64,000 bases of DNA, from assembly GCA_001303785.1 (NCBI GenBank), contig LJUJ01000002.1, positions 3,867 through 67,866 of the forward strand, written 5' to 3'. The translations under genes were made by a program, and so were the position numbers. Shown one piece after another: positions 1-9,217 of this stretch. Under the pieces are notes generated by a model. That model saw only the letters and a program-made list of their open reading frames with translations, was not told the origin of the DNA and ran no database searches. This DNA is from a candidate division WOR_3 bacterium SM23_42 (GTDB taxonomy: Bacteria > Hydrothermota > Tepidihabitantia > SM23-42). The first letter of the stretch is position 1. Every line of letters starts with the position of its first letter.

Positions 1-942
1 AACTATGGCTTCAAAGAACTCAAAATACTGGACGGTGCGGTAGGGTATCTGGATTTAAGATTATTCTTTGCGACATATTATGCCGGGGACGTTGCCGTTG
101 CGGCAATGAATTTTCTTACCAACTGCAACGCAGTCATCATAGACCTACGTTACAATGGCGGCGGCTGGGATGATATGGTTAATTTCATTCTGAGTTATTT
201 CGCGGAATCGCGCGATGAGGTCATGTTTAGCGTGGCTCAATATACCGTAGACAGTTCGTACTACGCTGGAAAGACAATTTCCTATGTGCCAGGCAAGCGA
301 CTTACTGGCATTCCGGTCTATGTGCTTATCTCACGTAGTACGGCATCCGCTGCCGAGGCATTTGCGTCCAAAATAAAATTCATAAACAGTCATGCGGTAC
401 TTGTCGGTGAAACAAGTGCTGGGGCTGAGAATCCAATTAGCAGCATCGTGATTGGTGATGAATTTGTTTTGAATATTCCTTCGTGGCGGCTAGTGTTTCG
501 AAAGTATGATGCGAAATGGGAGGGCATTGGTGTCAAACCAGACATAGAAACCACGGTTGAAAAGGCTCTCGATGTAGCGCATATTGATGCGCTACGTAAA
601 CTGAGCGAAACATCGGTCGACAAGGAAATCAAAGACAAATACGAGTGGGCACTGGACGGGGCTCGAGCCATTTACGAACCAATATCACTACCAGAAGATG
701 TATTGAAAGCATACGCTGGCAATTATGGAACAAGGGACGTCTACTTTGAAGACGGCATGTTGTACTATCAGTACAAGAAGAGAACAAAAAGGAAAATGTT
801 GGCTGTACGTAAGGACTACTTTATCATTGAAGACTACGACTTTTTTCGAGTCAGATTTACCATAGAAAAAGGTAAAGTCAATAGTCTTGAAGAGATATTC
901 ACCGATGGCAGCGTAATGCGAAACACTAGAACAAATAAGTAA
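1..942 (+). CDS. Peptidase S41 family (C-terminal processing protease-like), 5'-truncated at window edge
   Basis: The frame stays open back to base 1. Contains the S41 motif IIDLRYNGGG and is a paralog of 3863..4957. A weak hairpin follows at 945-965. Confidence 0.75.
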   Translation, partial: NYGFKELKILDGAVGYLDLRLFFATYYAGDVAVAAMNFLTNCNAVIIDLRYNGGGWDDMVNFILSYFAESRDEVMFSVAQYTVDSSYYAGKTISYVPGKRLTGIPVYVLISRSTASAAEAFASKIKFINSHAVLVGETSAGAENPISSIVIGDEFVLNIPSWRLVFRKYDAKWEGIGVKPDIETTVEKALDVAHIDALRKLSETSVDKEIKDKYEWALDGARAIYEPISLPEDVLKAYAGNYGTRDVYFEDGMLYYQYKKRTKRKMLAVRKDYFIIEDYDFFRVRFTIEKGKVNSLEEIFTDGSVMRNTRTNK

Positions 943-1064
943 ACTAGCAAGCGTTTGCTTGCTTGACGCCAGAAAAACCGCCTGTGACTAAGATTAAGGG
1001 GTCTTCAAGAAAGGGCACGAGCTCCGAGTTGCGCTGCGAGGGTATCTAGCATGTGGAGGATAAT

Positions 1065-1802
1065 ATGAAGTCATTTTTGATGTTAATGTGTGTGATTCTG
1101 TGCCTGTGGCAATTTGGTGTTGCCCAAGAGAGAGCAAAGGGTGTCCGTGGTGACTCGTTGGCAATTGCCGAAGCCGAGGCCATGGTTGAAACAATGGGCG
1201 GCATGGAAATCTGGGCGCAATTGAAAAGTGTACATTTTGTTCACAGATGGTATCCCTGGTACAGAGTCGATTCATATCTAGAGAACGAGATCCTTGATCT
1301 TACCGGTCCCCGATCCTGGGTAGAAGAGAAGAGTGAAGTACACCACAGGATAAGGGCGTATAGTCCAGAACATAAGTATTGGTCAATAACCAACGGCGAG
1401 TTCGCACGGGGCAGTGAGGAATCCTTTGAGAATGCCATGGAACGAGCTCCTTTTAGCATTTACCGCATTGCCCGGGGTATTGCTTTTGGTGACCCATATT
1501 ATGAGGTTCGATTCGGCAGGGGAGATATCCCGAATAGCCGTCGGCTCGAATTTTATGGGCCCGATGGCATTATGCACGGATGGATCATTTTGAATTTCAG
1601 GAGTGAGCCTTTGGTCTGGGCCACTACGCAATACCGTTATACGTTCGGGCCAATGAAGCAATTTGGAAATCTACGAGTGCCCAATTGGGCAGTATACGAA
1701 AACGGGGTAACTATGTACGAGATGATTTCACTCACTGGTAGCAATGAGCCTCCCGATTCTTCGTTGTTTGCTCCACCAGCCGGTGAAACAGAAAGAAAGT
1801 GA
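1065..1802 (+). CDS. hypothetical secreted protein
   Basis: A GGAGG RBS sits 6 nt before ATG 1065. N-terminal signal peptide MKSFLMLMCVILCLWQFGVAQ. I recognise no domain. Confidence 0.5.
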   Translation: MKSFLMLMCVILCLWQFGVAQERAKGVRGDSLAIAEAEAMVETMGGMEIWAQLKSVHFVHRWYPWYRVDSYLENEILDLTGPRSWVEEKSEVHHRIRAYSPEHKYWSITNGEFARGSEESFENAMERAPFSIYRIARGIAFGDPYYEVRFGRGDIPNSRRLEFYGPDGIMHGWIILNFRSEPLVWATTQYRYTFGPMKQFGNLRVPNWAVYENGVTMYEMISLTGSNEPPDSSLFAPPAGETERK

Positions 1803-1991
1803 GACATAGGAACAAGGAAGCATGTTTCAGTAGGTAGTAAGTACTATGTAGTAGGTAGAAATACATAGATTTCGAATTTCGAAATGCGAATTGCGGAAAA
1901 CGAAAAAATAGTCATCGAGTCACTACGTCATTATGTCATTCGTGATTTGCATTTAGAGTGTGATAGGATAAAATCGTAAAAGGAGGGTATT

Positions 1992-2720
1992 ATGATTGGT
2001 GGATCCTTTTTGAAGTTGTATGTGCTGGCGGTATTGGCCATTCCGCTGATACTATCAATTTCGTGTAGTAAGGAGGAATGGGACTATGTCGTACTCGGTG
2101 ATTCCTCGGCGTGGGGTTTCCCGGAATACTACGCTGCACATATCGAGGAAGACTTAGGGGTCAAGGTTACAGTTCATGACTGGACAGTCGGTGGTCTGAG
2201 TAGTGGGAAATTGTTGAGCATGCTACGAGATGACGAGGAGCTACGTGAGACTATTAGTAAAGCTGAGGTGATTAGTTACTGCGCCAACCCAGGGGACCAT
2301 ATTGGGTGGCATATCATAACTGGGGAGGGCCGGCATGACTGTTCAGCGAAAGCGCTTGTAGGATACAAGTCTGACCTGGATAGAATCATCAATGAAATCT
2401 TCTCGCTCAGGAAAGGAAAACCTACGCTCATTCGTGCCATGGATTTCTACGTGCCCATTCATAGCGAATGGAGAGAACGCGGTAAGTACGAGGAAAACAG
2501 GCGCTGCTGGACAGCTTTTAACGAGACGATTCACGAGGCTGCTGCTGAATTCAAAATTCCCGTGGCGCGTGTGTATGATGCCTTTAATGGTGCAAATCAT
2601 GGTGAGGACCCACGGGAAAAAGGGTATATTGGTGACGATGGATTGCATACGAACGAGATTGGACAAAAGGTTATTGCTGATCAATTCCGGAAATTGGGGT
2701 ACGAGCCGATCACGCCTTGA
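1992..2720 (+). CDS. SGNH/GDSL-family hydrolase, lipoprotein
   Basis: AAGGAGGG RBS. Lipobox LSISC. GDS block VLGDSSAWG and DxxH block DDGLHTNEIG. Confidence 0.7.
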   Translation: MIGGSFLKLYVLAVLAIPLILSISCSKEEWDYVVLGDSSAWGFPEYYAAHIEEDLGVKVTVHDWTVGGLSSGKLLSMLRDDEELRETISKAEVISYCANPGDHIGWHIITGEGRHDCSAKALVGYKSDLDRIINEIFSLRKGKPTLIRAMDFYVPIHSEWRERGKYEENRRCWTAFNETIHEAAAEFKIPVARVYDAFNGANHGEDPREKGYIGDDGLHTNEIGQKVIADQFRKLGYEPITP

Positions 2721-2811
2721 TTGGAAAGCGAAAAGGCTACTTCTATGACAAGGAGACATAGCTTAGTAGGTAGTATGTACTATGTAGTAGGCACCAAAGA
2801 AGCGTATCAGA

Positions 2812-3626
2812 TGATCAGTAGGCGGGATACCAGAACATCGGAGTATCAGGTAAAGACTAGATTATCTACATGTTTGTTGATTTTGTGCATTGGTGTGGTC
2901 GTAGCGTATGGACAGGAGGAGTTGCCCGATAATTACCTGCCCATCAGTCTGGAGATACAAGACACAAGATTAGAAGGGGGATGCGGATATTTGGAGGGAT
3001 TTACTTTTTCAATGGATCTACCGCCTGGTTTCTTGAAGAAAACCTTTGATAAGGAAAAACTATTCGAAATCGTCCGCAGTGAAAAAATAACTGGCACGTT
3101 GACTTATCCAAATAACAAAACAGCAGAGATAGAATATGAAGTGGTAAATCATCGTGGCGTCGAAGATATCTACATGAAGACCACGTTGGGATATTTTCTA
3201 TGGGAGATGTTAGATATAACGGATGGTGGATTGTTTTTTGCAATTAATTGGTGGTATTGTCCACCAGCTAGAGAAGTTGATTTAGAGGCTTTGAAAATGG
3301 CTGAACAGCTACTGGCAGATTCATCTAATTGGCATAAAATGGATGACAGGAAATGTGAAGATGATATTGCCAATAATAAATGGAGCCTGTTTTGTGCGAT
3401 AAAGTATGCTTCGATAGAGAAGATGGGTGAGTACAACCATCATAATACAGCTATGCAGGCTTTACGATTTACGATAGACGAACTTGTGCCTAATCATGGG
3501 TTTGAACATACGTTAATGGATTATAATAATTCACCTTCAACTACCCATAAAGATATAGTGGCGGTCATAAACAAGGCAAAGAAGAAGATTACGGACGAAC
3601 TACAGCTCAATGAGAATGATCAATAA
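2812..3626 (+). CDS. hypothetical secreted protein (start uncertain)
   Basis: The ORF is open from 2721, but 2760-2850 is occupied by the GTAGTA and CAG repeat modules, so I chose ATG 2812, which precedes the hydrophobic signal LSTCLLILCIGVVVAYG. Confidence 0.4.
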
Positions 3627-3862
3627 CGGAGGGCCAGCTTATCTCGCATTCCGTTCGCCCTGCGAATTGATTACAGTGATGCAATACAGATATTGTGTTA
3701 TTGGGTCACTATGTCATTTGCATAAAGAGCGAGCTCAGTAAGCCGAGCTCCGAGCTCTAAAGACTGTGGGGTCAGACCTCGAAATTCGAATAACTATGAT
3801 CAAGAATCGTATTTTGGATTAGCTGTGTATGATAGATTATTATTAAAAGGAAAGGACGATTT

Positions 3863-4957
3863 ATGATTAATGAGTACATATCTGTTTCTTTTATTTATCT
3901 TTTGTGCCTTTTTGCTGTTTTCTCTAATGCTCAGGAGTTGAGCGATCCTGAGAAGAATTTCGAGTATCTGTGGAAAGAATTTGACAGGAGATATGCCCTT
4001 TTCCTGCCCAAGCGTATTGATTGGAATCTTCTCTACAGAGTCTACCGGCCCAAGGTTACACCGCAAACAAGTGATGACGAACTGTTCGAAATAATGTCGA
4101 AAATGCTGACGCGCCTGAATGACCTCCATGTTAGGCTTGATTCAAAGAACCCGCCAAGGAGCTTCCGGTCTGGCAAATCTCATGAGGCGGTACTGCAACA
4201 ATTCGGTACGGTTGAGAATTTTATACGTTATTTCAAAGAGCGACCAATAGACAAGAAGTATGTTAAAACAGAACTGCATGAAAGGCACGAAAATATCTTC
4301 GCTTATACGTGGCTGACCGATGATATCGGCTATTTTCATTTCAGTAAATTTAGTGGTGTAGAAAAGAGTTCTGAAATTGTTGATGAGATTGTTGATTATT
4401 TCAAGAATGCGAAGGGTCTTATTATTGATGTCAGAAGAAACGGAGGCGGTGACGATAAGGTTGGTAAGGTGATCGCCGACCGCTTTGCTGATGAAAAGAG
4501 ACTGTATATGACGATACAGGCAAAAAGCGGACCCGGGCACGGTGACTTTGCTGAACCTGTCAGGTGGTATGTTGAGCCTGATGGTCCTATTCAGTTCACA
4601 AACCCGATAATTCTGCTTACCGACTTCACCTCGGGCAGTGCGGCGGAGAATTTTGCGCTTGCCATGCGGGTGCTTCCGCATGCGACCATTGTTGGTGATT
4701 TTACTGCCGGATGTTTTGCCGATGCTGAGGCAGATAAGCTTCCCAATGGATGGTATTTTTCCCTCTCGATAAACATGTTCAAGGATCAAAATGGCATTTG
4801 TTGGGAGGGAATCGGTGTGCCTCCAGATTTGAGAATTGTTAATACAAAAGAGGACGTGGACAATTGTAGAGACAGAGTTCTTGAATTTGCTGTCGAGCTG
4901 ATAAATTCTGGAGCGCGAGGAGGTCAGAAGAAGAAAGAGAATGGAAGTAACTCATAG
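3863..4957 (+). CDS. Peptidase S41 family protein
   Basis: Signal peptide. S41 blocks LIIDVRRNGGG and LTDFTSGSAAE. Confidence 0.75.
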   Translation: MINEYISVSFIYLLCLFAVFSNAQELSDPEKNFEYLWKEFDRRYALFLPKRIDWNLLYRVYRPKVTPQTSDDELFEIMSKMLTRLNDLHVRLDSKNPPRSFRSGKSHEAVLQQFGTVENFIRYFKERPIDKKYVKTELHERHENIFAYTWLTDDIGYFHFSKFSGVEKSSEIVDEIVDYFKNAKGLIIDVRRNGGGDDKVGKVIADRFADEKRLYMTIQAKSGPGHGDFAEPVRWYVEPDGPIQFTNPIILLTDFTSGSAAENFALAMRVLPHATIVGDFTAGCFADAEADKLPNGWYFSLSINMFKDQNGICWEGIGVPPDLRIVNTKEDVDNCRDRVLEFAVELINSGARGGQKKKENGSNS

Positions 4958-5849
4958 AAACTACAACGGATATGAAAAGGACTTCTTTGATATGAGGTAT
5001 TTGCTGATAGAAAGCTACGGCAAATATGTGAAACCACTGAATTGGTTGATAGGAAGGCTGGATAATTGGAGATATGCGGCCCTTACTGCCAGAATCAGAA
5101 CCGAACCGTATTTTTATCAAAGGAATGCTCACTTATGGCGAAAAGATCATGGCCAGTTAATCGGATTCTTTGTTTCTGAGAATGGCAAGGAATATTTTGA
5201 ATTACAAGTGCATCCGGATTATCGTTTCATAGAAGAGGAAATGTTAAAATGGGTCATCGATAATTGGTCAACCGGGAAAAATGAGATCGTTACGAATATA
5301 TACGTCCATGATACAGCCAGGATTAGGTTATTGGAGAAATTCAGTTTTGTTTGTCAGGGTGTGGTTGGTGTTGATTACCGATATCATACGAAAGACTACG
5401 TGGATGACGTTGCTACGGAAGACGATTTTCGCATAGAATCTTTCTCCGAAAGCTATGATTTTGAAAGCAGGATTGAATCTGAGAGATTGACATTTGGGAG
5501 AGACTCATTAGACAGAGAATGGTTTGAAACAAAAGCAATAGCACCTGGATATTCGAGTGACTGGGACTTAGTTGTAATTGAGCCTAATGGACAGGTTGTG
5601 GCCTTTTGTGTTGCTTGGCTCGACGAAGAAAATAGTGTGGCAGAGATCGATCCTGTAGGGACTCACCCCGATTACAGAAAAAGAGGTCTTGCAAAGGCTT
5701 TGTTGACAACCTGTTTTGCACGACTGAATAGACACGGCATTGCTAAAGCGCAAATACAGGGGTTTTCTGAGCCTGGTAAGAATCTGTATAGATCACTTAT
5801 GCCAGCTGAAGACTATGAAATATTGGGTTATAGGCTGAAGTTACGCTAG
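4941..5849 (+). CDS. GNAT family N-acetyltransferase (start uncertain)
   Basis: C-terminal GNAT motif IDPVGTHPDYRKRGLAKALL. Overlaps the upstream gene by 17 nt. Confidence 0.55.
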   Translation: MEVTHRNYNGYEKDFFDMRYLLIESYGKYVKPLNWLIGRLDNWRYAALTARIRTEPYFYQRNAHLWRKDHGQLIGFFVSENGKEYFELQVHPDYRFIEEEMLKWVIDNWSTGKNEIVTNIYVHDTARIRLLEKFSFVCQGVVGVDYRYHTKDYVDDVATEDDFRIESFSESYDFESRIESERLTFGRDSLDREWFETKAIAPGYSSDWDLVVIEPNGQVVAFCVAWLDEENSVAEIDPVGTHPDYRKRGLAKALLTTCFARLNRHGIAKAQIQGFSEPGKNLYRSLMPAEDYEILGYRLKLR

Positions 5850-5974
5850 GAGAATGCGCAAAACACATATAGTCGTTGTGACCCTGTCATTGAAAGCTTC
5901 GCATCCATTGATTACTAACTTAGTCATTAAGTCATTTACAATCTTGGTTAAACTGCATACTTGTAAAAATAGCT

Positions 5975-6025
5975 GACAGCAAATCCTGTTAACAATCAAA
6001 AAAAAACATCTGGTTGGAAAGTTTG
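5975..6025 (+). promoter_or_regulatory. conserved upstream element (aaatcctgttaacaatcaaaaaaaaacatctggttggaa) plus promoter of SNase-like gene, copy 1
   Basis: A 40-nt block identical to 6641-6680, then TTGGAA-16-TAATAT. Confidence 0.6.
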
Positions 6026-6095
6026 AGGATTTGTGTAATATTCCTCAGTAATATCCTGGGATTTCCATTTCGAAATACATGAAAGGAGGTCGCAT

Positions 6096-6365
6096 ATGCA
6101 AACCGGGGTCGTGGATACCGTAATAGATGGTGATACCTTTACGTTGACAACCGATGAGATCATAAGACTTGCTAATGTCAATGCACCAGAGAAAGATTCG
6201 CCAAATGCCGCCAAAACACGCGAAAAATTAAGCAAACTAATCGGAAACAAATATATCAGATACAACGAAGTGGCAAAGGATACCTATGGGCGCGTCGTGG
6301 CAGAAGTGTATGTGAATAGTACCTATGTGAATGACGAAATGCGCAAATACATATCTCTATTGTGA
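6096..6365 (+). CDS. small thermonuclease (SNase)-like protein
   Basis: RBS AAAGGAGG. The motifs VIDGDTF...IRLANVNAPE align to the staphylococcal nuclease core (DGDT, R35, E43 equivalents), but the protein is only 89 aa. Confidence 0.6.
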   Translation: MQTGVVDTVIDGDTFTLTTDEIIRLANVNAPEKDSPNAAKTREKLSKLIGNKYIRYNEVAKDTYGRVVAEVYVNSTYVNDEMRKYISLL

Positions 6366-6568
6366 ACTCTCGTTGACGAGGTGCATTTGTTAGTTGAAAA
6401 CAAAGTTAACCTGCAATATATCGTTATTGAGTAATTGTGTAATTATGTCACTACAAGCAGCATACCAGGATATCATAGGACCAGCGGGCAGAAGATCAGA
6501 ATACTAGAATATCAGATTGCTCCGCACCTAAACTACGCAGATGAAGATAAACATTACCCTGACAGGCA

Positions 6569-6596
6569 TAAGTCATTGAGTCATTAAGCCATTGAA
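6569..6596 (+). repeat. GTCATT octamer-periodic module (representative copy; >=12 copies in window)
   Basis: aaGTCATTgaGTCATTaaGCCATTgaag. Other copies at about 1921, 3705, 5919, 7040, 11569, 17626, 23219, 27140, 37178 and 42365. Confidence 0.8.
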
Positions 6597-6640
6597 GACT
6601 GCAGCAAGGTAAACCTAGCTTGTGCTCACGGCGTGCAGTA

Positions 6641-6697
6641 AATCCTGTTAACAATCAAAAAAAAACATCTGGTTGGAAGATTGGGCGATTGGTGTTA
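6641..6697 (+). promoter_or_regulatory. conserved upstream element plus promoter of SNase-like gene, copy 2
   Basis: The same 40-nt block, then TTGGAA-17-TATACT. Confidence 0.6.
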
Positions 6698-6755
6698 TAC
6701 TATTGAGTAACTTACAGAAGCATCCATCTGACAGATACGAAAGGAGGTAGTGTCG

Positions 6756-7025
6756 ATGCAGACGGGAGTAGTCGAGGCAGTCTTAGATGGCGAAACTTTT
6801 AGATTAAATACGGGTGAGACTGTGAGACTTGCAGAGGTCGATGTTCCAGAGGTGGGGTCTCCTGCTTACGCACAAGCATTTGAAAAATTGAAACAGCTCG
6901 TCGAGGGGAAAGCAATTTTGTATGATCAGAGGACTATTGACGGCTATGGACAGATCGTGGCTGATGTCTGGGTGAACAGCTTATATATAAATAATGAAAT
7001 GCACCGATTCATTTCACTTTTGTAA
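6756..7025 (+). CDS. small thermonuclease (SNase)-like protein, tandem paralog
   Basis: Paralog of 6096..6365; both begin MQTGVV. RBS AAAGGAGG. Motif VLDGETF...VRLAEVDVPE. Confidence 0.6.
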   Translation: MQTGVVEAVLDGETFRLNTGETVRLAEVDVPEVGSPAYAQAFEKLKQLVEGKAILYDQRTIDGYGQIVADVWVNSLYINNEMHRFISLL

Positions 7026-7145
7026 AAAGCAAAGAAAATAAGTCATTGCGTCATTTTGTCGTTTAGTTTGAATGCGAAAACGTTTTGAGCATTCAGCTTG
7101 ACAATAGATAAAATCCTGGTACCATAGTCTGAACAGGAGGTGGAT

Positions 7146-8594
7146 ATGAGAAATAGAATTCTGGTATTGATTGCCATCTTGATTCCCTTTCTCAGTTTTG
7201 GAGATTGGGATATTGAAGCACCGTGTGTTGATACCTCAGGTAAGGGTGCTTCTATCGCAGTGAGTGGCGATAATGATCCCCATATTCTCTATTTTGTCGA
7301 TGATGACCATTTCTACCACATTCATAAATCTGACAGTTTATGGTATGGGCCTTATCCAATTGCGAACGTAAATTACTTCACTTTCTGCCGGATGCTTGAC
7401 GTGGCGATGGTCCGGGATACTGCAAATGCTATTATGAGTATGGAGTATACAGCAACAGGCGATTACTTACTTTGGGGCAAGCATTTGGGAGGCGGAATTT
7501 GGTCCACCCAAGAAATCCCCAATACCCTTGCGCCGTCGGGCGCCGGGGGTTATCTGAATGTTTCGATCAGTCCAGGCGTTGGGAGTTCTTTGTTTCACAT
7601 AATCTATGTTTACTATGACTACGGCTCACCAGTGCTTTATTATCGGAAATTCGACAGCACCTGGACAAACGCTGAGGAAGTATCGGATATTCCGAATGTA
7701 TCAGCCGGCTGGCAAAATGATATTGCAGTTGACGCCAATGACGACCCTCATGTCGCTTTCGTTTATTCTGATGAAGGCATAAAGTACCGGAGAAAGACCA
7801 ACGGCGTATGGGAACCGATTGAGTTAGTATCTACCTCAACAGACCCAACATTCGCATCGATCGCGGTCGATGATTCTGACTATCCCCATGTTGCTTATGA
7901 CAAAGACGATTTTGGTGCAGTTTGCTACCGGGCGAAAACTGTGGGTGGGTGGCAACCCGAGGAGACAATTGGTGCTGGTGGTGGCTGGAACACATATGGT
8001 GCTTCAATCAATGTCTCTGGTGAAGAAAAATTCGTTGCCTACTACACAGAAGGTGATTTGAAATTTGCGATGAGGACTGCTTCGGGGTGGGTTTCGGAAG
8101 ATGTTGATACATTGGGGGATGTAGGTACTTATGCCTCGCTGGCTATTGATGATGAGGGTTATGCTCATATTGCGTATCGTGATGCAACCAATGAGTGCCT
8201 TAAATATGCCAAGAGTACTGAACCAGTAGTAGGTATAATAGAACAAAACTTGGGATCGGATGTTGAATCCCGCGCTTTTACGCTCCACGCATACCCGAAT
8301 CCGTTCTCACAGCTGACAACGGTCAGCTTTAGCATAGGACATGGCGCAGAGCGTTCCGTCCTTGAACGACGAGAATCCGCGTCTCTCGGACTGGACATGG
8401 CATTGAAAATATACGACACGACAGGACGTTTGATCAAATCATTCCCACTTTCTAGTTCTTACTTACCAAATTCCATGTCAGTGGTGTGGGATGGCACTGA
8501 CCAGTCTAATCGAAGGTTGGGTAGCGGTGTCTATTTCTATAAGTTTGAGGCGGGGGATTATTGCGCTTCGGGAGAACTCCTACTGATTAGATAG
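7146..8594 (+). CDS. secreted repeat protein with T9SS C-terminal sorting domain
   Basis: AGGAGG RBS and signal peptide. C-terminal T9SS domain (AYPNPF...KIYDTTGRL...GVYFYKF...LLIR). Confidence 0.65.
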   Translation: MRNRILVLIAILIPFLSFGDWDIEAPCVDTSGKGASIAVSGDNDPHILYFVDDDHFYHIHKSDSLWYGPYPIANVNYFTFCRMLDVAMVRDTANAIMSMEYTATGDYLLWGKHLGGGIWSTQEIPNTLAPSGAGGYLNVSISPGVGSSLFHIIYVYYDYGSPVLYYRKFDSTWTNAEEVSDIPNVSAGWQNDIAVDANDDPHVAFVYSDEGIKYRRKTNGVWEPIELVSTSTDPTFASIAVDDSDYPHVAYDKDDFGAVCYRAKTVGGWQPEETIGAGGGWNTYGASINVSGEEKFVAYYTEGDLKFAMRTASGWVSEDVDTLGDVGTYASLAIDDEGYAHIAYRDATNECLKYAKSTEPVVGIIEQNLGSDVESRAFTLHAYPNPFSQLTTVSFSIGHGAERSVLERRESASLGLDMALKIYDTTGRLIKSFPLSSSYLPNSMSVVWDGTDQSNRRLGSGVYFYKFEAGDYCASGELLLIR

Positions 8595-8701
8595 TACCAT
8601 GTGGTTACAAGACCAACCTGTTTGTTTCTTAAAGCTTGGCGCAACGCGTTACCCTCTTGACATGATATCTCAACCGAATACGATAGATTATTCTGTAATT
8701 A

Positions 8702-9124
8702 GTGGCTTCGCAGTTGGTTGGGAGATATAGAATACAGTGTATAAGAATCATCGCAATCATAACGTTGGTATTCGTTCTCACATTCTTGCTCGGATGCCAT
8801 TCCAAGGATTTTATCGGCCGCGGAGAGATAGAGGCGTACCCCCAATATCCGATATTTATCGTCATTACAGTGGACGGCGAGGTGTTTGAATTCGAATCGA
8901 GCGCTGTTCTGGAGGACAGTATTATCAAAGGTACACTCAAGGATGGAACATCCGTTGAAATTGCTTTAACACGTGTGAACATGGTGTACGCGAAGAGGTT
9001 TGATAAGTCTCGGACTGGTGCAGTCTGTTGCTTTGGAGTTGGTACCACGACATTACTGGCAATTTTGACAGTGGTGGGAATAACAGCCTTAATACTTTTT
9101 GTTGGAGCCGCTGCTAGTCTTTAA
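8702..9124 (+). CDS. hypothetical lipoprotein (start uncertain)
   Basis: Lipobox LLGC. Residues 30-110 are paralogous to the N-terminal domain of the next gene. C-terminal TM segment. Confidence 0.4.
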   Translation: MASQLVGRYRIQCIRIIAIITLVFVLTFLLGCHSKDFIGRGEIEAYPQYPIFIVITVDGEVFEFESSAVLEDSIIKGTLKDGTSVEIALTRVNMVYAKRFDKSRTGAVCCFGVGTTTLLAILTVVGITALILFVGAAASL

Positions 9125-9217
9125 ACTTCAACGGAGAAACATGGACGTTGCTCTACGAATGTGGGATTTCTTGAAACCTATATTTTCTCTTTGTGTTCTC
9201 TCGAAAGGAGGAGTAGA

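Noticed and set aside
390-671. Antisense ORFs inside confident genes (e.g. 390..671 -, 2343..2759 -, 4142..4789 -, 16009..16542 -, 29059..29406 +, 30355..30702 +, 47414..47812 +)
   Set aside because: Each overlaps a gene with strong domain evidence on the opposite strand; these are shadow ORFs.
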